A stretch of DNA of 33,007 nt from Bdellovibrionia bacterium (GTDB taxonomy: Bacteria; Bdellovibrionota; UBA1018), in NCBI GenBank assembly GCA_049424145.1, contig JBMSSC010000014.1, positions 1 through 33,007 on the forward strand, read 5' to 3'. The notes below the pieces were generated by a model that saw nothing but the letters and a program-made list of their open reading frames with translations, had not been told where the DNA came from and did no database searches. The position numbers were made by a program, and so were the translations under genes. Positions within the stretch are counted from its first letter, which is position 1, and each line of letters starts with the position of its first letter. Shown in pieces: positions 18,269 through 27,809 of this stretch.

Positions 18269-19077
18269 AGCTTCACCTCGACTTTAGCATCCGGCAGAAG
18301 TTGTCCTAAAAGCTCTTTTTTTGTCTTCGAGGTGAGAACCCGAATTGGCTGATGAACATAGCCTGGCTCTTGGGCAATTCCTGAGGTGGTGAGCACTAGG
18401 CCCTCTTTCATGAGCTGGATCCTCACCACATCCCCACGACGCACGGCAGGAACAGCACGAACCGCTGGAGTGGTGAGAAACTGACCTTCTAATAAGGTTT
18501 GAGTCATCTCCAGCTCAGAAAGCTCACGCTCGGGGGAAAAAAGAACACCTCGGTACTCACCCGCTAGCCCTGAGGCCACGTTGATTTTTCGGTTCACAAA
18601 CAAATCCTCTTTTAAAACCTCACCCGGACGAATCCGCCGCACGGCAATTTTTGCAGGAACCCAGGCCTCATACGTCAAACTCCCCTGCGCTCTTTGGCCT
18701 TGATCTCCCACGACCGAAAAGTGAACGGTGCCCGGCGGGCCTTCACTTTGAATCAAGATCTCACCATAGAACCTAGGTTCTTTTGACCCTTGCCAAACAA
18801 TGTCTTTAGGGAATTTCACTTCGGCATGACCCATTTGAGAGGAGAGTTGAGCTCTTAGATTCTCGAGCACTCGAAGGGGGCTCAAATTCGGACTCGCTAA
18901 GGCAGAAGGCCCCGAGAGAGAAAAACAAAGTCCCACGATCGATCCTTTGAGACGGCCCGAACTTGGGCCAGAAGTTTGAGGATTCATCTCAGTTTTCATT
19001 CGATCCATGATCCGGTTAAATATGAAGTTCATTATTTTTCCACTCAGCATTCGCATGATTGCTCTTATGATTTGCAT
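18265..19077 (-). CDS. flgA: P-ring formation chaperone FlgA
   Basis: SAF-like RRIRPGEVL..., VRRGDVVRI....GL.LTTSG.A...G.....IRV; several possible ATG starts in the Met-rich N-terminus. Confidence 0.85.
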   Translation of the reverse strand: MQIIRAIMRMLSGKIMNFIFNRIMDRMKTEMNPQTSGPSSGRLKGSIVGLCFSLSGPSALASPNLSPLRVLENLRAQLSSQMGHAEVKFPKDIVWQGSKEPRFYGEILIQSEGPPGTVHFSVVGDQGQRAQGSLTYEAWVPAKIAVRRIRPGEVLKEDLFVNRKINVASGLAGEYRGVLFSPERELSELEMTQTLLEGQFLTTPAVRAVPAVRRGDVVRIQLMKEGLVLTTSGIAQEPGYVHQPIRVLTSKTKKELLGQLLPDAKVEVKL

Positions 19078-19091
19078 TTTTTATTTCACAA

Positions 19092-19874
19092 CTACTTGAT
19101 ATTGACCGTTGCTCCCAGCATCTGATCCACCACGCCCATGAGCTTGGTTCCCATCTCATAGCCACGCTGAGTGGAGATCATATCCACCATGCTATTGGTC
19201 ACATTCACGTTGGAACCCTCAAGCTCCCCTTGTTGAATAAAGCCTAGACCCGCTTCCCCAGGAGTCCCCTGGGTTGCAGCGCCGCTTGAGCCTGAAGTCT
19301 TATACAGGCCTTCGCCAAGGGCAATCAGTCCCTCAGGATTCTGAAAACTGGCTAATTGAAGTTGACCCACCACCGTGTCGCCCGAGCCTGGAACCTGAAC
19401 GATGACCTCGCCGGAATGAGAGATTGAGATGCTGGCTGCATTCTTTGGAATCGTAATTTGGGGCAAAATCTTATGTCCCCCACTCAGTTGCACCATCCCC
19501 TGAGCATCCACGTGAAAGGAGCCTGCACGAGTGAAGGCCACCTCACCTTGTGGGGTTTGAACTTGAAAAAAACCCGTTCCCTGAATGGCCAGATCCAAAG
19601 GGTTCCCCGTCACACGCGAAGGGCCTTGCTCAAAGTTCTTGTGCGCAGCGCCCACGCGAACCCCCATGCCCACTTGAACACCGACGGGGGACTGAGTGGA
19701 TGCACCAAGTGACCCGCCCGGCTCTTTGAGCGTCTGATACATGAGGTCATGAAACTCCGTATTGGTTCGCTTGTAGCCATCCGTATTCACGTTCGCCAGA
19801 TCGTTGGCAATATTGGCAATCTTGGCCTGTTGAGCCTCAAGACCCGTTGCAGCAGTAGAGAGAGCGCGAATCAT
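19092..19874 (-). CDS. flgG: Flagellar basal-body distal rod protein FlgG
   Basis: 260 aa; MIRALSTAATGLEAQQ, LANVNTDGYK, FHDLMYQ, TGNPLDLAIQG.GFFQV, LEGSNVN, QRGYE. Confidence 0.95.
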   Translation of the reverse strand: MIRALSTAATGLEAQQAKIANIANDLANVNTDGYKRTNTEFHDLMYQTLKEPGGSLGASTQSPVGVQVGMGVRVGAAHKNFEQGPSRVTGNPLDLAIQGTGFFQVQTPQGEVAFTRAGSFHVDAQGMVQLSGGHKILPQITIPKNAASISISHSGEVIVQVPGSGDTVVGQLQLASFQNPEGLIALGEGLYKTSGSSGAATQGTPGEAGLGFIQQGELEGSNVNVTNSMVDMISTQRGYEMGTKLMGVVDQMLGATVNIK

Positions 19875-20701
19875 AATTTACCTACCTCATTGGCTTCCTT
19901 ACCTAAGAGTTCACCGTAAGTTTTTAGGGCTTTCAGATCCTGCTCAAACAGCCGATTGGCCGTAATGAGCTTGGTCATTTCTTCCACAGGATTCACATTG
20001 GAGGTTTCCAGAACTCCTTGGCGAATCGCTGTTCGCGTTGCAGCAAAGGAATTCTTTGCATCGAGGCTCTCAAACAGACTGCCCCCCGTTTTTCTGAGCT
20101 TTCCTAGGTTCTTAAACTCAACCAGATGAATCTTGGCCACCAGATCATTGCGATCGTAAATCTCACCCTGCTCCGTGATCGTCAGAGCGCGGCTATGATC
20201 CGCTAGATTGATGTAACGCGCAGGGAGACTCAGCGAGGGATTCAGGGCTGCCTCAGGCGTCTCATTGGGACTTGCTAAAACGGAGAACCCTTCGGCCGTC
20301 ACCAGACGCCCATCCGAGGAGAGCTTTAAGTTGCCCTGGCGCGTGTAACGAATCCCCATGGGCGTGCTCACCTCCAAGAACCCAGGACCATCTAACGCCA
20401 GATCCAAAGGCTGCTGCGTCACTCGCAAATGCCCCTGCTCGTGCAGCGTATGAGTGCCGTCCATCACCACAAACGACTGATCTTTTCCATCCAAAGGATA
20501 CAGCTCACGGGTCTGAATGGGTCCGCGTGGGATGTCTTGCGTGGGATGCTCGCGTTCGAGGGTGGCGAGGTACTCTTTGAAGGTAACGGCGTCTTTTTTA
20601 AAAGCGGTGGTATCCGCGTTTGCCAGATTGTTGGCAATCGTATCGATACTTTGAGCCTGTGCGGCTGCTCCACTTGCTGCTGTCCACATTCCAGTGGCCA
20701 C
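19871..20701 (-). CDS. flgF: Flagellar basal-body rod protein FlgF
   Basis: IANNLANADT..FKKD, PLDLALDGPGFL, YTRQGN, LETSNVNPVEEM; GTG start; precedes flgG. Confidence 0.88.
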   Translation of the reverse strand: MATGMWTAASGAAAQAQSIDTIANNLANADTTAFKKDAVTFKEYLATLEREHPTQDIPRGPIQTRELYPLDGKDQSFVVMDGTHTLHEQGHLRVTQQPLDLALDGPGFLEVSTPMGIRYTRQGNLKLSSDGRLVTAEGFSVLASPNETPEAALNPSLSLPARYINLADHSRALTITEQGEIYDRNDLVAKIHLVEFKNLGKLRKTGGSLFESLDAKNSFAATRTAIRQGVLETSNVNPVEEMTKLITANRLFEQDLKALKTYGELLGKEANEVGKL

Positions 20702-20981
20702 GTCTCACTCCTGAGAGGTTTCGTTTCAGACATCCTGATCTGAAAGGCTCATCCTGAGCACACTCCAACTCATCTCTCTTCCTTCGCAAGTTTCGTACCT
20801 TCCATCATTCCAAAGGATTTCAAGGGTCTTCACACCCCCTGGGCAAACTTTTCCCCCAGAAATCGGTCAAAATCTGCCGCCTTCACTGGGAAAAATCTGC
20901 AACACGATGCCGTGCATGAGTGAGCGCGTGAACCTGAAACGACATGCGTTTTACTTGGGCTAATGGTATGAAGGACATCCG

Positions 20982-21839
20982 ATGATTGACTTAAACGCCA
21001 AACCGGTTCTTGAGAAACTTCGCTCCCAAATCCAAAACCGAACGGAGCGCTTCTTCAAAAATCATCACAGGCTCCCCAAGCTCGTGGTGGTTCTCGTGGG
21101 AGAGGATCCAGCCAGTGAAATCTACACTTCCAAAAAGCGCCAAACGGCCCAAGCCTTAGGGTTTGCCTCAGAGACGCTGCACCTACCCGGATCCACCGAA
21201 CCCAAAGCCGTTGAAGACCTCATTGAACAGCTCAACCAGGATCCAACAGTCGATGGGATCTTAATCCAACGACCCCTACCCCGAGCATTTGACGAAGCGC
21301 AAGTCCTCTGCTGGATCAGCCCCGAAAAAGACGTCGATGGGTTTCACCCTCTGAATGCGGGCAAGCTTTTTTTGAATCTCCCGGGTCTTAGGCCCTGCAC
21401 CCCGGCTGGAATCCTTGAGCTCCTTCAGCATTACCAGATTTCTCCCGCAGGAAAGATGGCTTGCGTGGTTGGACGAAGCGCTATTGTTGGAAAACCCATG
21501 GCTGCCCTCTTGCTCAATGCAAACGCCACCGTCTTTCATTGCCATAGCCAAACCCCCAATTTAAAGAAGATCACCCGTGAAGCTGAAATCCTTGTGGTTG
21601 CCGCAGGAAAAAAAGAGTTCATCACCCGAGACTATGTGAGGCCCCAAGCCGTGGTGATTGACGTGGGCATTCATCGCACCGCCTCAGGAAAAATCACAGG
21701 TGACGTTCTTTACTCCGAGGTGGCTTCACAGGTCTCAGCCATCACGCCCGTTCCCGGGGGAGTGGGCCCAATGACCATTCACCAGCTATTGCTCAATACC
21801 ATTAGCGCTGCTGAAGTAAGGGCCGAGGCAAGCCGGTAA
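20982..21839 (+). CDS. folD: Bifunctional methylene-THF dehydrogenase/cyclohydrolase
   Basis: LVGEDPAS..Y, DGILIQRPLP, PEKDVDGFHP, PCTP, GRSAIVGKP, VIDVGI, TPVPGGVGPMT. Confidence 0.97.
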   Translation: MIDLNAKPVLEKLRSQIQNRTERFFKNHHRLPKLVVVLVGEDPASEIYTSKKRQTAQALGFASETLHLPGSTEPKAVEDLIEQLNQDPTVDGILIQRPLPRAFDEAQVLCWISPEKDVDGFHPLNAGKLFLNLPGLRPCTPAGILELLQHYQISPAGKMACVVGRSAIVGKPMAALLLNANATVFHCHSQTPNLKKITREAEILVVAAGKKEFITRDYVRPQAVVIDVGIHRTASGKITGDVLYSEVASQVSAITPVPGGVGPMTIHQLLLNTISAAEVRAEASR

Positions 21840-21866
21840 GACGCCTTGACCGGTAAGACGCCTGGA
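21833..21866. repeat. Tandem 17-bp direct repeat overlapping the folD stop
   Basis: CCGGTAAGACGCCTTGA (21833-21849) and CCGGTAAGACGCCTGGA (21850-21866), 16/17 identical. Confidence 0.85.
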
Positions 21867-21896
21867 GATGATACGGGGTCATTGCAGTCGAGAGTT

Positions 21897-22295
21897 TTAC
21901 CTCTGCTTACGGATTTTATCCAATCCCTCTTTGGCTAAATACTCTCCCCAGACTTCATCCATTTTTCTAAAGGTCTGAATGATTTGCTCAGAGGATTGCC
22001 GTTCGGAGATCCCTTGAACGGCTGCCAACTGACGAACGGAGTTTAAGATTGCCTGAAACGCTGCGCTCTGGGTGAGCTCCTGAAGTTCCGCACTTAAGTC
22101 TCGCTTGGACTCAGCAAGGCTCGAGACTAAAGCCGTATTAAACACTCGCGCACAATCGGTTTTCACGCCTCGCGCAGCCTGAGTTCCTGACTGAGACGCA
22201 TAGGCCACCGTCTGAGCAGAGGATCGAGAAGGAGTAGGAGAAGCCACTGGAGTTGGAAATGAACGTTGTTGCATTTGAGGTAGAGTATCCCGCAT
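21897..22295 (-). CDS. Hypothetical protein (helical C-terminal domain)
   Basis: 132-aa ORF filling the folD-gcvP gap; protein-like composition; start uncertain. Confidence 0.65.
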   Translation of the reverse strand: MRDTLPQMQQRSFPTPVASPTPSRSSAQTVAYASQSGTQAARGVKTDCARVFNTALVSSLAESKRDLSAELQELTQSAAFQAILNSVRQLAAVQGISERQSSEQIIQTFRKMDEVWGEYLAKEGLDKIRKQR

Positions 22296-22471
22296 AAGCT
22301 GTGTATAAGTTGAGCTGAAGGGAAAGATACCCTCAAGCGGCTGATTTTCTCAAGTCTCTTTGTAAGAAAAACGGTCAAGGTGTTTTTTTCTTTTTCTGAT
22401 GATTTTTTAAGTTTTTCTGGTGACATAGGAGGGGCAACTCTTCAGTCACGCACTTCAAAAAAGGTGGGAAC

Positions 22472-25393
22472 ATGGAAACTCGTCACACGCAATTGGCTCC
22501 ATCCTCTGAATCCTCTTTGGATTCGTTTGTTTCTCGTCACATCGGACCGAGTGACTCGGAGATTCAAGCCATGTTGGGCTCCCTTGGAGTTGCCTCTTTA
22601 GACGAACTGACGGACTCCATCGTACCGAAGAAAATTCAAAGTCAAACCCCTCTCCATCTCAAGGCAGGATTAAGTGAAAAGGACGCTCTTCAAAAAGCTC
22701 AAACCTTGGCCCAGAAAAATCAACTTTTCAGATCGTTTCTCGGAATGGGATACTCCGATTGCTTTACCCCACCTGTCATCCAAAGAAATATTCTAGAAAA
22801 CCCCGGCTGGTACACTCAGTACACCCCTTATCAGGCAGAAATTGCTCAAGGCAGACTTGAGGCCTTGCTCAACTTTCAAACCCTCATCATCGAGATGACC
22901 GGTCTTCCCGTAGCCAACGCCTCTTTGCTGGATGAAGCCACTGCCGCTGCTGAGGCCATGAGCCTGTGTTGGGCTGCAAGTGAAAAGCAGGAGTCTCGAG
23001 TTTTTTTCGTCTCAGAGAACTGTCACCCTCAAACTCTTGCCGTAATTCAAACTCGAGCAGATGCTTTAGGCATTCCAATTGTTGTGGGAGACCATCGCAC
23101 CTACTGCTTTTCTCCGGCTCCTTTTGGTGTTCTGCTTTCCTATCCCGCCTCAGATGGAGAAATTTTCGATTACCGTGAGTGGATCCAAAAAGCCCACGAA
23201 GCAAAGGCACTTGTGGTCATGGCCTGTGACCTCATGAGCTTGGCTTTAATCACCCCACCGGGAGAACTGGGCGCTGACATCGCCATTGGAAACTCCCAAC
23301 GTTTTGGGGTCCCCTTGGGATACGGTGGTCCCCATGCCGCTTTTTTATCCGTAAAAGAAAACTTAAAGCGACTCATTCCTGGGAGAATTGTAGGAGTCTC
23401 CAAGGATCGCCATGGCAGGCCCGCAATTCGACTGGCTCTACAGACTCGAGAGCAGCACATCAGACGGGATCGCGCAACCAGTAACATCTGCACAGCTCAA
23501 GCACTCCTGGCTGTCATGGCCTCCATGTACGCCATCTACCATGGACCAAAAGGAATCCGAAGGATCGCACAAAACATTCACCAAAAAACCTGCTTTCTTA
23601 AGACGGCGCTCACAGCCCTTCAATATGACGTTGGGAATCACTCTTTTTTTGACACTCTTCGCGTGTCTGTGGGCACGGACTTATTGAACCCCATTCTCGC
23701 GCACGCTTACGCCCAAAAAATCAATCTTAGGATCTTCGATTCCAAAACTCTAGGAATCAGCTTAGCTGAGACCACCACTGAAGACGATTTATCCGATTTA
23801 ATTGGAATCTTTGCTCAAGCCAAAGGAAAACCCATCCCGAACGTGAAGATTTCTGATCAGCGCTTGGAGCTTGAGCTGTCCTCTCTCAAACGCACGAGCC
23901 CGTACCTCACGCATCCCATTTTCAATACTCATCACTCTGAAACCCAGATGCTTCGCTATCTGTTTCGACTCCAAGCCAAAGACTTATCCTTGGCCCACTC
24001 CATGATTCCCCTGGGATCCTGCACCATGAAACTCAACGCCACGAGTGAAATGATCCCCGTGAGCTGGCCTGGGTTTTCTCAAATCCATCCCTTTGTTCCC
24101 CTGCAGCAGACGGAGGGTTATCAGACCCTCTTTGAAGAGCTCGAGCAGATGATCCAGGAGGTCACAGGATTTGCCGCCGTCTCCCTCCAGCCCAACGCGG
24201 GCTCTCAAGGAGAGTATGCAGGCCTGTTAGTCATCAAAAAATACCATGAAAGCCGGGGCGAAGCGCACCGAAACGTTTGTCTCATCCCAAAATCCGCACA
24301 CGGGACCAATCCTGCCAGTGCGGCCATGGCAGGCTTTCAAATCGTGGTCGTCGAGTGCGACTCTCAAGGGAACATTGACCAAGTGGATTTAAAGACCAAG
24401 GTGGATCTTCATGCCCGAGAGCTCTCTGCTCTGATGATCACCTATCCTTCGACCCACGGTGTGTTTGAGGAGACCATCACAGAAGTCTGCCAAATGATCC
24501 ACGACGCCGGTGGGCAAGTTTATATGGATGGCGCCAACATGAATGCTCAAATTGGACTGTGTCGCCCCGGGGAGTTTGGTCCGGATGTGTGTCATCTGAA
24601 TTTACATAAAACCTTTTGCATCCCCCATGGGGGTGGAGGCCCGGGAATGGGCCCCATTGCCGTGGCTCAGCACTTAGCGGAGTTTTTACCCTCTCACCCT
24701 GTGGTGAAAATCAAGAAGCAAGCTCAGCAAAAGGCCCCCGTCAGCGAGAAAAGCACCGCCGTCTCAGCAGCACCTTGGGGCAGCGCAAGCATTCTACCCA
24801 TCTCCTGGATGTACATGACACTCATGGGTCCACAGGGCTTAAAAAAAGCCACCCAAGTGGCCATTCTCAATGCCAACTACATTGCCCGAAAATTGGCTCC
24901 GCACTACCCGGTGCTTTACCGAGGAAAAAATGGCTGGGTGGCTCATGAGTGCATCTTTGATCTTCGACAATTTAAGGAGTCCTGCGGCGTTGAAGTGGAG
25001 GATGTGGCCAAGCGCCTGATGGATTACGGGTTTCACGCCCCCACCGTCTCTTTTCCTGTGGGCGGAACGATGATGGTGGAGCCCACGGAGAGCGAATCCA
25101 AAGCAGAGCTAGATCGCTTTTGTGAGGCCATGATCTCCATCCGGCAAGAGATTCGCGAAATTGAAGAAGGAAAGGCAGACCGACAGAGTAATTTACTGAA
25201 AAACGCTCCCCACACGGCTGAACATTCCCTTCAGACTGAATGGACCTACGCCTACTCCCGTGAACGAGCCGTTTATCCTCTGCCTTGGGTGAGAGAATCA
25301 AAGTTCTGGCCCTCCGTGGGACGAATCAACAATGTGTTAGGGGATAAAAACCTCATTTGTGCCTGCTTACCCGTTGAGGCTTATTCGAGCTAA
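22472..25393 (+). CDS. gcvP: Glycine dehydrogenase (decarboxylating), single-chain P protein
   Basis: [59 protein letters not shown] site HLNLHKTF. Confidence 0.98.
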   Translation: METRHTQLAPSSESSLDSFVSRHIGPSDSEIQAMLGSLGVASLDELTDSIVPKKIQSQTPLHLKAGLSEKDALQKAQTLAQKNQLFRSFLGMGYSDCFTPPVIQRNILENPGWYTQYTPYQAEIAQGRLEALLNFQTLIIEMTGLPVANASLLDEATAAAEAMSLCWAASEKQESRVFFVSENCHPQTLAVIQTRADALGIPIVVGDHRTYCFSPAPFGVLLSYPASDGEIFDYREWIQKAHEAKALVVMACDLMSLALITPPGELGADIAIGNSQRFGVPLGYGGPHAAFLSVKENLKRLIPGRIVGVSKDRHGRPAIRLALQTREQHIRRDRATSNICTAQALLAVMASMYAIYHGPKGIRRIAQNIHQKTCFLKTALTALQYDVGNHSFFDTLRVSVGTDLLNPILAHAYAQKINLRIFDSKTLGISLAETTTEDDLSDLIGIFAQAKGKPIPNVKISDQRLELELSSLKRTSPYLTHPIFNTHHSETQMLRYLFRLQAKDLSLAHSMIPLGSCTMKLNATSEMIPVSWPGFSQIHPFVPLQQTEGYQTLFEELEQMIQEVTGFAAVSLQPNAGSQGEYAGLLVIKKYHESRGEAHRNVCLIPKSAHGTNPASAAMAGFQIVVVECDSQGNIDQVDLKTKVDLHARELSALMITYPSTHGVFEETITEVCQMIHDAGGQVYMDGANMNAQIGLCRPGEFGPDVCHLNLHKTFCIPHGGGGPGMGPIAVAQHLAEFLPSHPVVKIKKQAQQKAPVSEKSTAVSAAPWGSASILPISWMYMTLMGPQGLKKATQVAILNANYIARKLAPHYPVLYRGKNGWVAHECIFDLRQFKESCGVEVEDVAKRLMDYGFHAPTVSFPVGGTMMVEPTESESKAELDRFCEAMISIRQEIREIEEGKADRQSNLLKNAPHTAEHSLQTEWTYAYSRERAVYPLPWVRESKFWPSVGRINNVLGDKNLICACLPVEAYSS

Positions 25394-25426
25394 CGCGGGG
25401 TAATCGAGAAGAGAAAGGACCGTGCC

Positions 25427-26539
25427 GTGCTCAAAAGAACCGCTCTATTTGAAGAACATCGCCGACTCGGGGGAAAGCTCATTGATTTTGGCGGCTGGGA
25501 ACTGCCGGTGCAGTACTCAGGGGTTTTAGAAGAACACCTGGCGTGTCGCTCGTCAGTGGGGCTCTTTGATGTCAGTCACATGGGAGAGATTCATCTGGAG
25601 GGGGCTGATTCAGAGGCGTTCCTCAATTACGTCGTGACCAATGACGTGAGCCGTCTTGCCATCCACCAAGCGCAGTACACGGTCATGTGTCATGAGCAGG
25701 GGGGAATTGTCGATGACCTCGTGATCTATCGACGGGCGCAGGATCGTTTCTTGCTTGTCGTCAATGCCGCCAACACGGAGAAAGACTACGCACACCTCCT
25801 TCAGACCTATGCCCAAGTTCAATCCAACTATCCCAGCGTGAAATTGAGCAACGAGAGCGCCCAGTACTCGCAGATTGCGCTCCAAGGCCGAAACGCAGCG
25901 CAGGTCCTTGCCCCTCTCACGCGCACCGATCTCCACTCGATTCAAACCTATTGGTTTGCCGAGGGGGAAATTTTAGGTATTCCAGCGCTCATCGCTCGCA
26001 CCGGTTACACGGGGGAAGATGGCTTTGAACTTTACGTGGCCTGGGATCAGGGACCTAAAATCTGGCGTGCGCTCGAGGAGCAGGGAAAACCCTTTGGTTT
26101 AAAGCCCTGTGGACTTGGAGCACGCGATACGCTGCGCCTGGAGATGAAGTATCCCCTCTATGGAAATGAACTCAACGACCAGACGCTCCCACTTGAAGTT
26201 GGTTTGTCTTGGGTATTTAAGGCAAACAAGGGCAATTTCTTGGGAAAAGCTAAAAATCTTCAGGCCAAAGAAGCCGGACTCAAACACCAACTCGTTGGCC
26301 TTCGCATGCTGGAGCGTGGAATTCCGCGCCATGGCTACCGCGTGTATACCCAAGGCGGCGAACGGATCATCGGTGAGATCACCAGCGGCACTCAATCCCC
26401 AAGTTTGAAACAGGCCATTGGCCTTGCTTGGGTTCAAATTGATTCGGCAAAAATTGGAACAAAGGTCGCAATCGAAATTCGAGGAACTCAAGTTCCTGCT
26501 GAAATTATTCCGACTCCGTTCTATAAACGGCCTTATTAG
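25427..26539 (+). CDS. gcvT: Aminomethyltransferase (glycine cleavage T protein)
   Basis: FGGWELPVQY, FDVSHMG, RTGYTGEDGFE, GLGARDTLRLE. Confidence 0.98.
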   Translation: MLKRTALFEEHRRLGGKLIDFGGWELPVQYSGVLEEHLACRSSVGLFDVSHMGEIHLEGADSEAFLNYVVTNDVSRLAIHQAQYTVMCHEQGGIVDDLVIYRRAQDRFLLVVNAANTEKDYAHLLQTYAQVQSNYPSVKLSNESAQYSQIALQGRNAAQVLAPLTRTDLHSIQTYWFAEGEILGIPALIARTGYTGEDGFELYVAWDQGPKIWRALEEQGKPFGLKPCGLGARDTLRLEMKYPLYGNELNDQTLPLEVGLSWVFKANKGNFLGKAKNLQAKEAGLKHQLVGLRMLERGIPRHGYRVYTQGGERIIGEITSGTQSPSLKQAIGLAWVQIDSAKIGTKVAIEIRGTQVPAEIIPTPFYKRPY

Positions 26540-26552
26540 GAGAACTCAGACC

Positions 26553-26939
26553 ATGCGCTTCCCAGAAAACTTAAAGTACACCAAAGATCATGAGTGGGCT
26601 AAATTAGAGGGCAGTCAAATGACGGTAGGAATCACAGACCATGCTCAAAGCGCATTGGGAGATGTGGTCTATGTTGAGCTCCCACCGGTCGGAAAGGAAC
26701 TCAAAAAGGGTGAGCCCTTTGGAGTGGTTGAGAGCATTAAGGCGGTCTCTGACCTCTATGCTCCCGTTAGCGGGAAAGTCGTGCAAACCAATCAGGCATT
26801 ACTCGATGATCCTGCCCAAATCAACTCCGACCCCTACGAGGCAGCCTGGATGGTGAAGCTAGAAGTCACGGATCCCAGCGCGACCTCTGAGCTCATGGAC
26901 TCTCAGCGCTACACCCAGTTTGTATCGCAGCAAAAGTAG
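26553..26939 (+). CDS. gcvH: Glycine cleavage H protein
   Basis: YTKDHEW, VGITDHAQ..LGDVVYVELP, lipoyl-Lys motif ESIKAVSDLYAP; ATG 26553 with AGGAG RBS. Confidence 0.97.
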   Translation: MRFPENLKYTKDHEWAKLEGSQMTVGITDHAQSALGDVVYVELPPVGKELKKGEPFGVVESIKAVSDLYAPVSGKVVQTNQALLDDPAQINSDPYEAAWMVKLEVTDPSATSELMDSQRYTQFVSQQK

Positions 26940-26942
26940 GCT

Positions 26943-27740
26943 CTAGGTTTTCAGGACAAAGTCCCAGAAGATTTGCACCTCACGGTTCTGATCGATGATC
27001 CCTTTGGGTGGGTGAGGAAACGGTCCTGCTTGATTGAATGCGGAGACTGCGGCCCAATCTAAGGCCATCGTTCCAGACTCCCCTGTGATGCTCACGCGAA
27101 TGATCGTTCCTGTTGGATCCAGCACGACCAGAAGCCGGGTGACATGGTTGCGGTGGTCTTTTAGGCTTCCTCCACGCTGAAAATAAGCGGAAAGCTTCTC
27201 TTTTAGGCTCCGACTCCAGGACTGATCCAAGCGCTCCCGAATTCTCTGAAAATACCCATAGTATCGGTACTCCCGGGTATTGAGCACGGTTCGATCGCCC
27301 TCAGGCAAAGCATCCAGCTCCTCGCCCGCCTCTCCCGCCATGGAGCCCCTGGTCAATGAGCGGAACGAAGGCGCTTGAGCCCGGCCCAGGAGGTTGACAC
27401 CCAACTGACTGAGAGGGACTCGATTCTTTGGGGCTTCTGCCAAACGATGGCCCAAAACCCCGGAGGATCGCCTGCCACGCGTGGGCATTGCGACCGTTTG
27501 AGTCCGCTGCCCTAAGTAGGCATCCGCACGAGGATTCTCACGGCGGCCCTCAAACTCGGTTTCCACGATCCGCAGGTGGGTCTTTGGCTTGGGCACGGAA
27601 GGCTTTGCTTTCTCAGTCCATTGCACCTCCACCCACTGACTCCTTGGGCGATCCAATGGACGCGGTGCATTCCATGAATTCCATAGCCCAAACCCAAGCA
27701 GCAACAAGGCGTGGAAAACCAGGGAGAGGCCCAAGGACAA
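26943..27740 (-). CDS. TonB/TolA C-terminal domain protein (energy transducer family)
   Basis: N-terminal TM SLVFHALL (SxxxH), C-terminal Y...IRERL...W, ESG..ALD.AA..A...AGPFP.PP. Confidence 0.82.
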   Translation of the reverse strand: MSLGLSLVFHALLLLGFGLWNSWNAPRPLDRPRSQWVEVQWTEKAKPSVPKPKTHLRIVETEFEGRRENPRADAYLGQRTQTVAMPTRGRRSSGVLGHRLAEAPKNRVPLSQLGVNLLGRAQAPSFRSLTRGSMAGEAGEELDALPEGDRTVLNTREYRYYGYFQRIRERLDQSWSRSLKEKLSAYFQRGGSLKDHRNHVTRLLVVLDPTGTIIRVSITGESGTMALDWAAVSAFNQAGPFPHPPKGIIDQNREVQIFWDFVLKT

Positions 27741-27782
27741 CTGAAGCCGACTAATGAATCTGAGCCTGGGTTTTGAAATAGA

Positions 27783-27807
27783 CCGATCCCCCTCCCCTGG
27801 GGATCGG
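27783..27807 (-). terminator. GC-rich hairpin immediately after the PBP1a stop
   Basis: 9-bp perfect stem CCGATCCCC (27783-27791) / GGGGATCGG (27799-27807), 7-nt loop; only a short U tract, so it may be a stability hairpin. Confidence 0.45.
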
Positions 27808-27809
27808 CA

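Noticed and set aside
20898..20912. Sigma54-like motif CGGCATCGTGTTGCA upstream of flgF (minus strand)
   Set aside because: The GG-to-GC spacing is 9 nt, not the required 10.
21833..21866. CRISPR array
   Set aside because: Only two adjacent 17-bp units, with no spacers and no cas genes.
22296..22471. Replication origin
   Set aside because: Only one DnaA box, and no dnaA, gidA or similar context.
26418..26552. N-terminal extension of GcvH in the ORF track
   Set aside because: It overlaps gcvT; ATG 26553 has an RBS and gives the canonical length.
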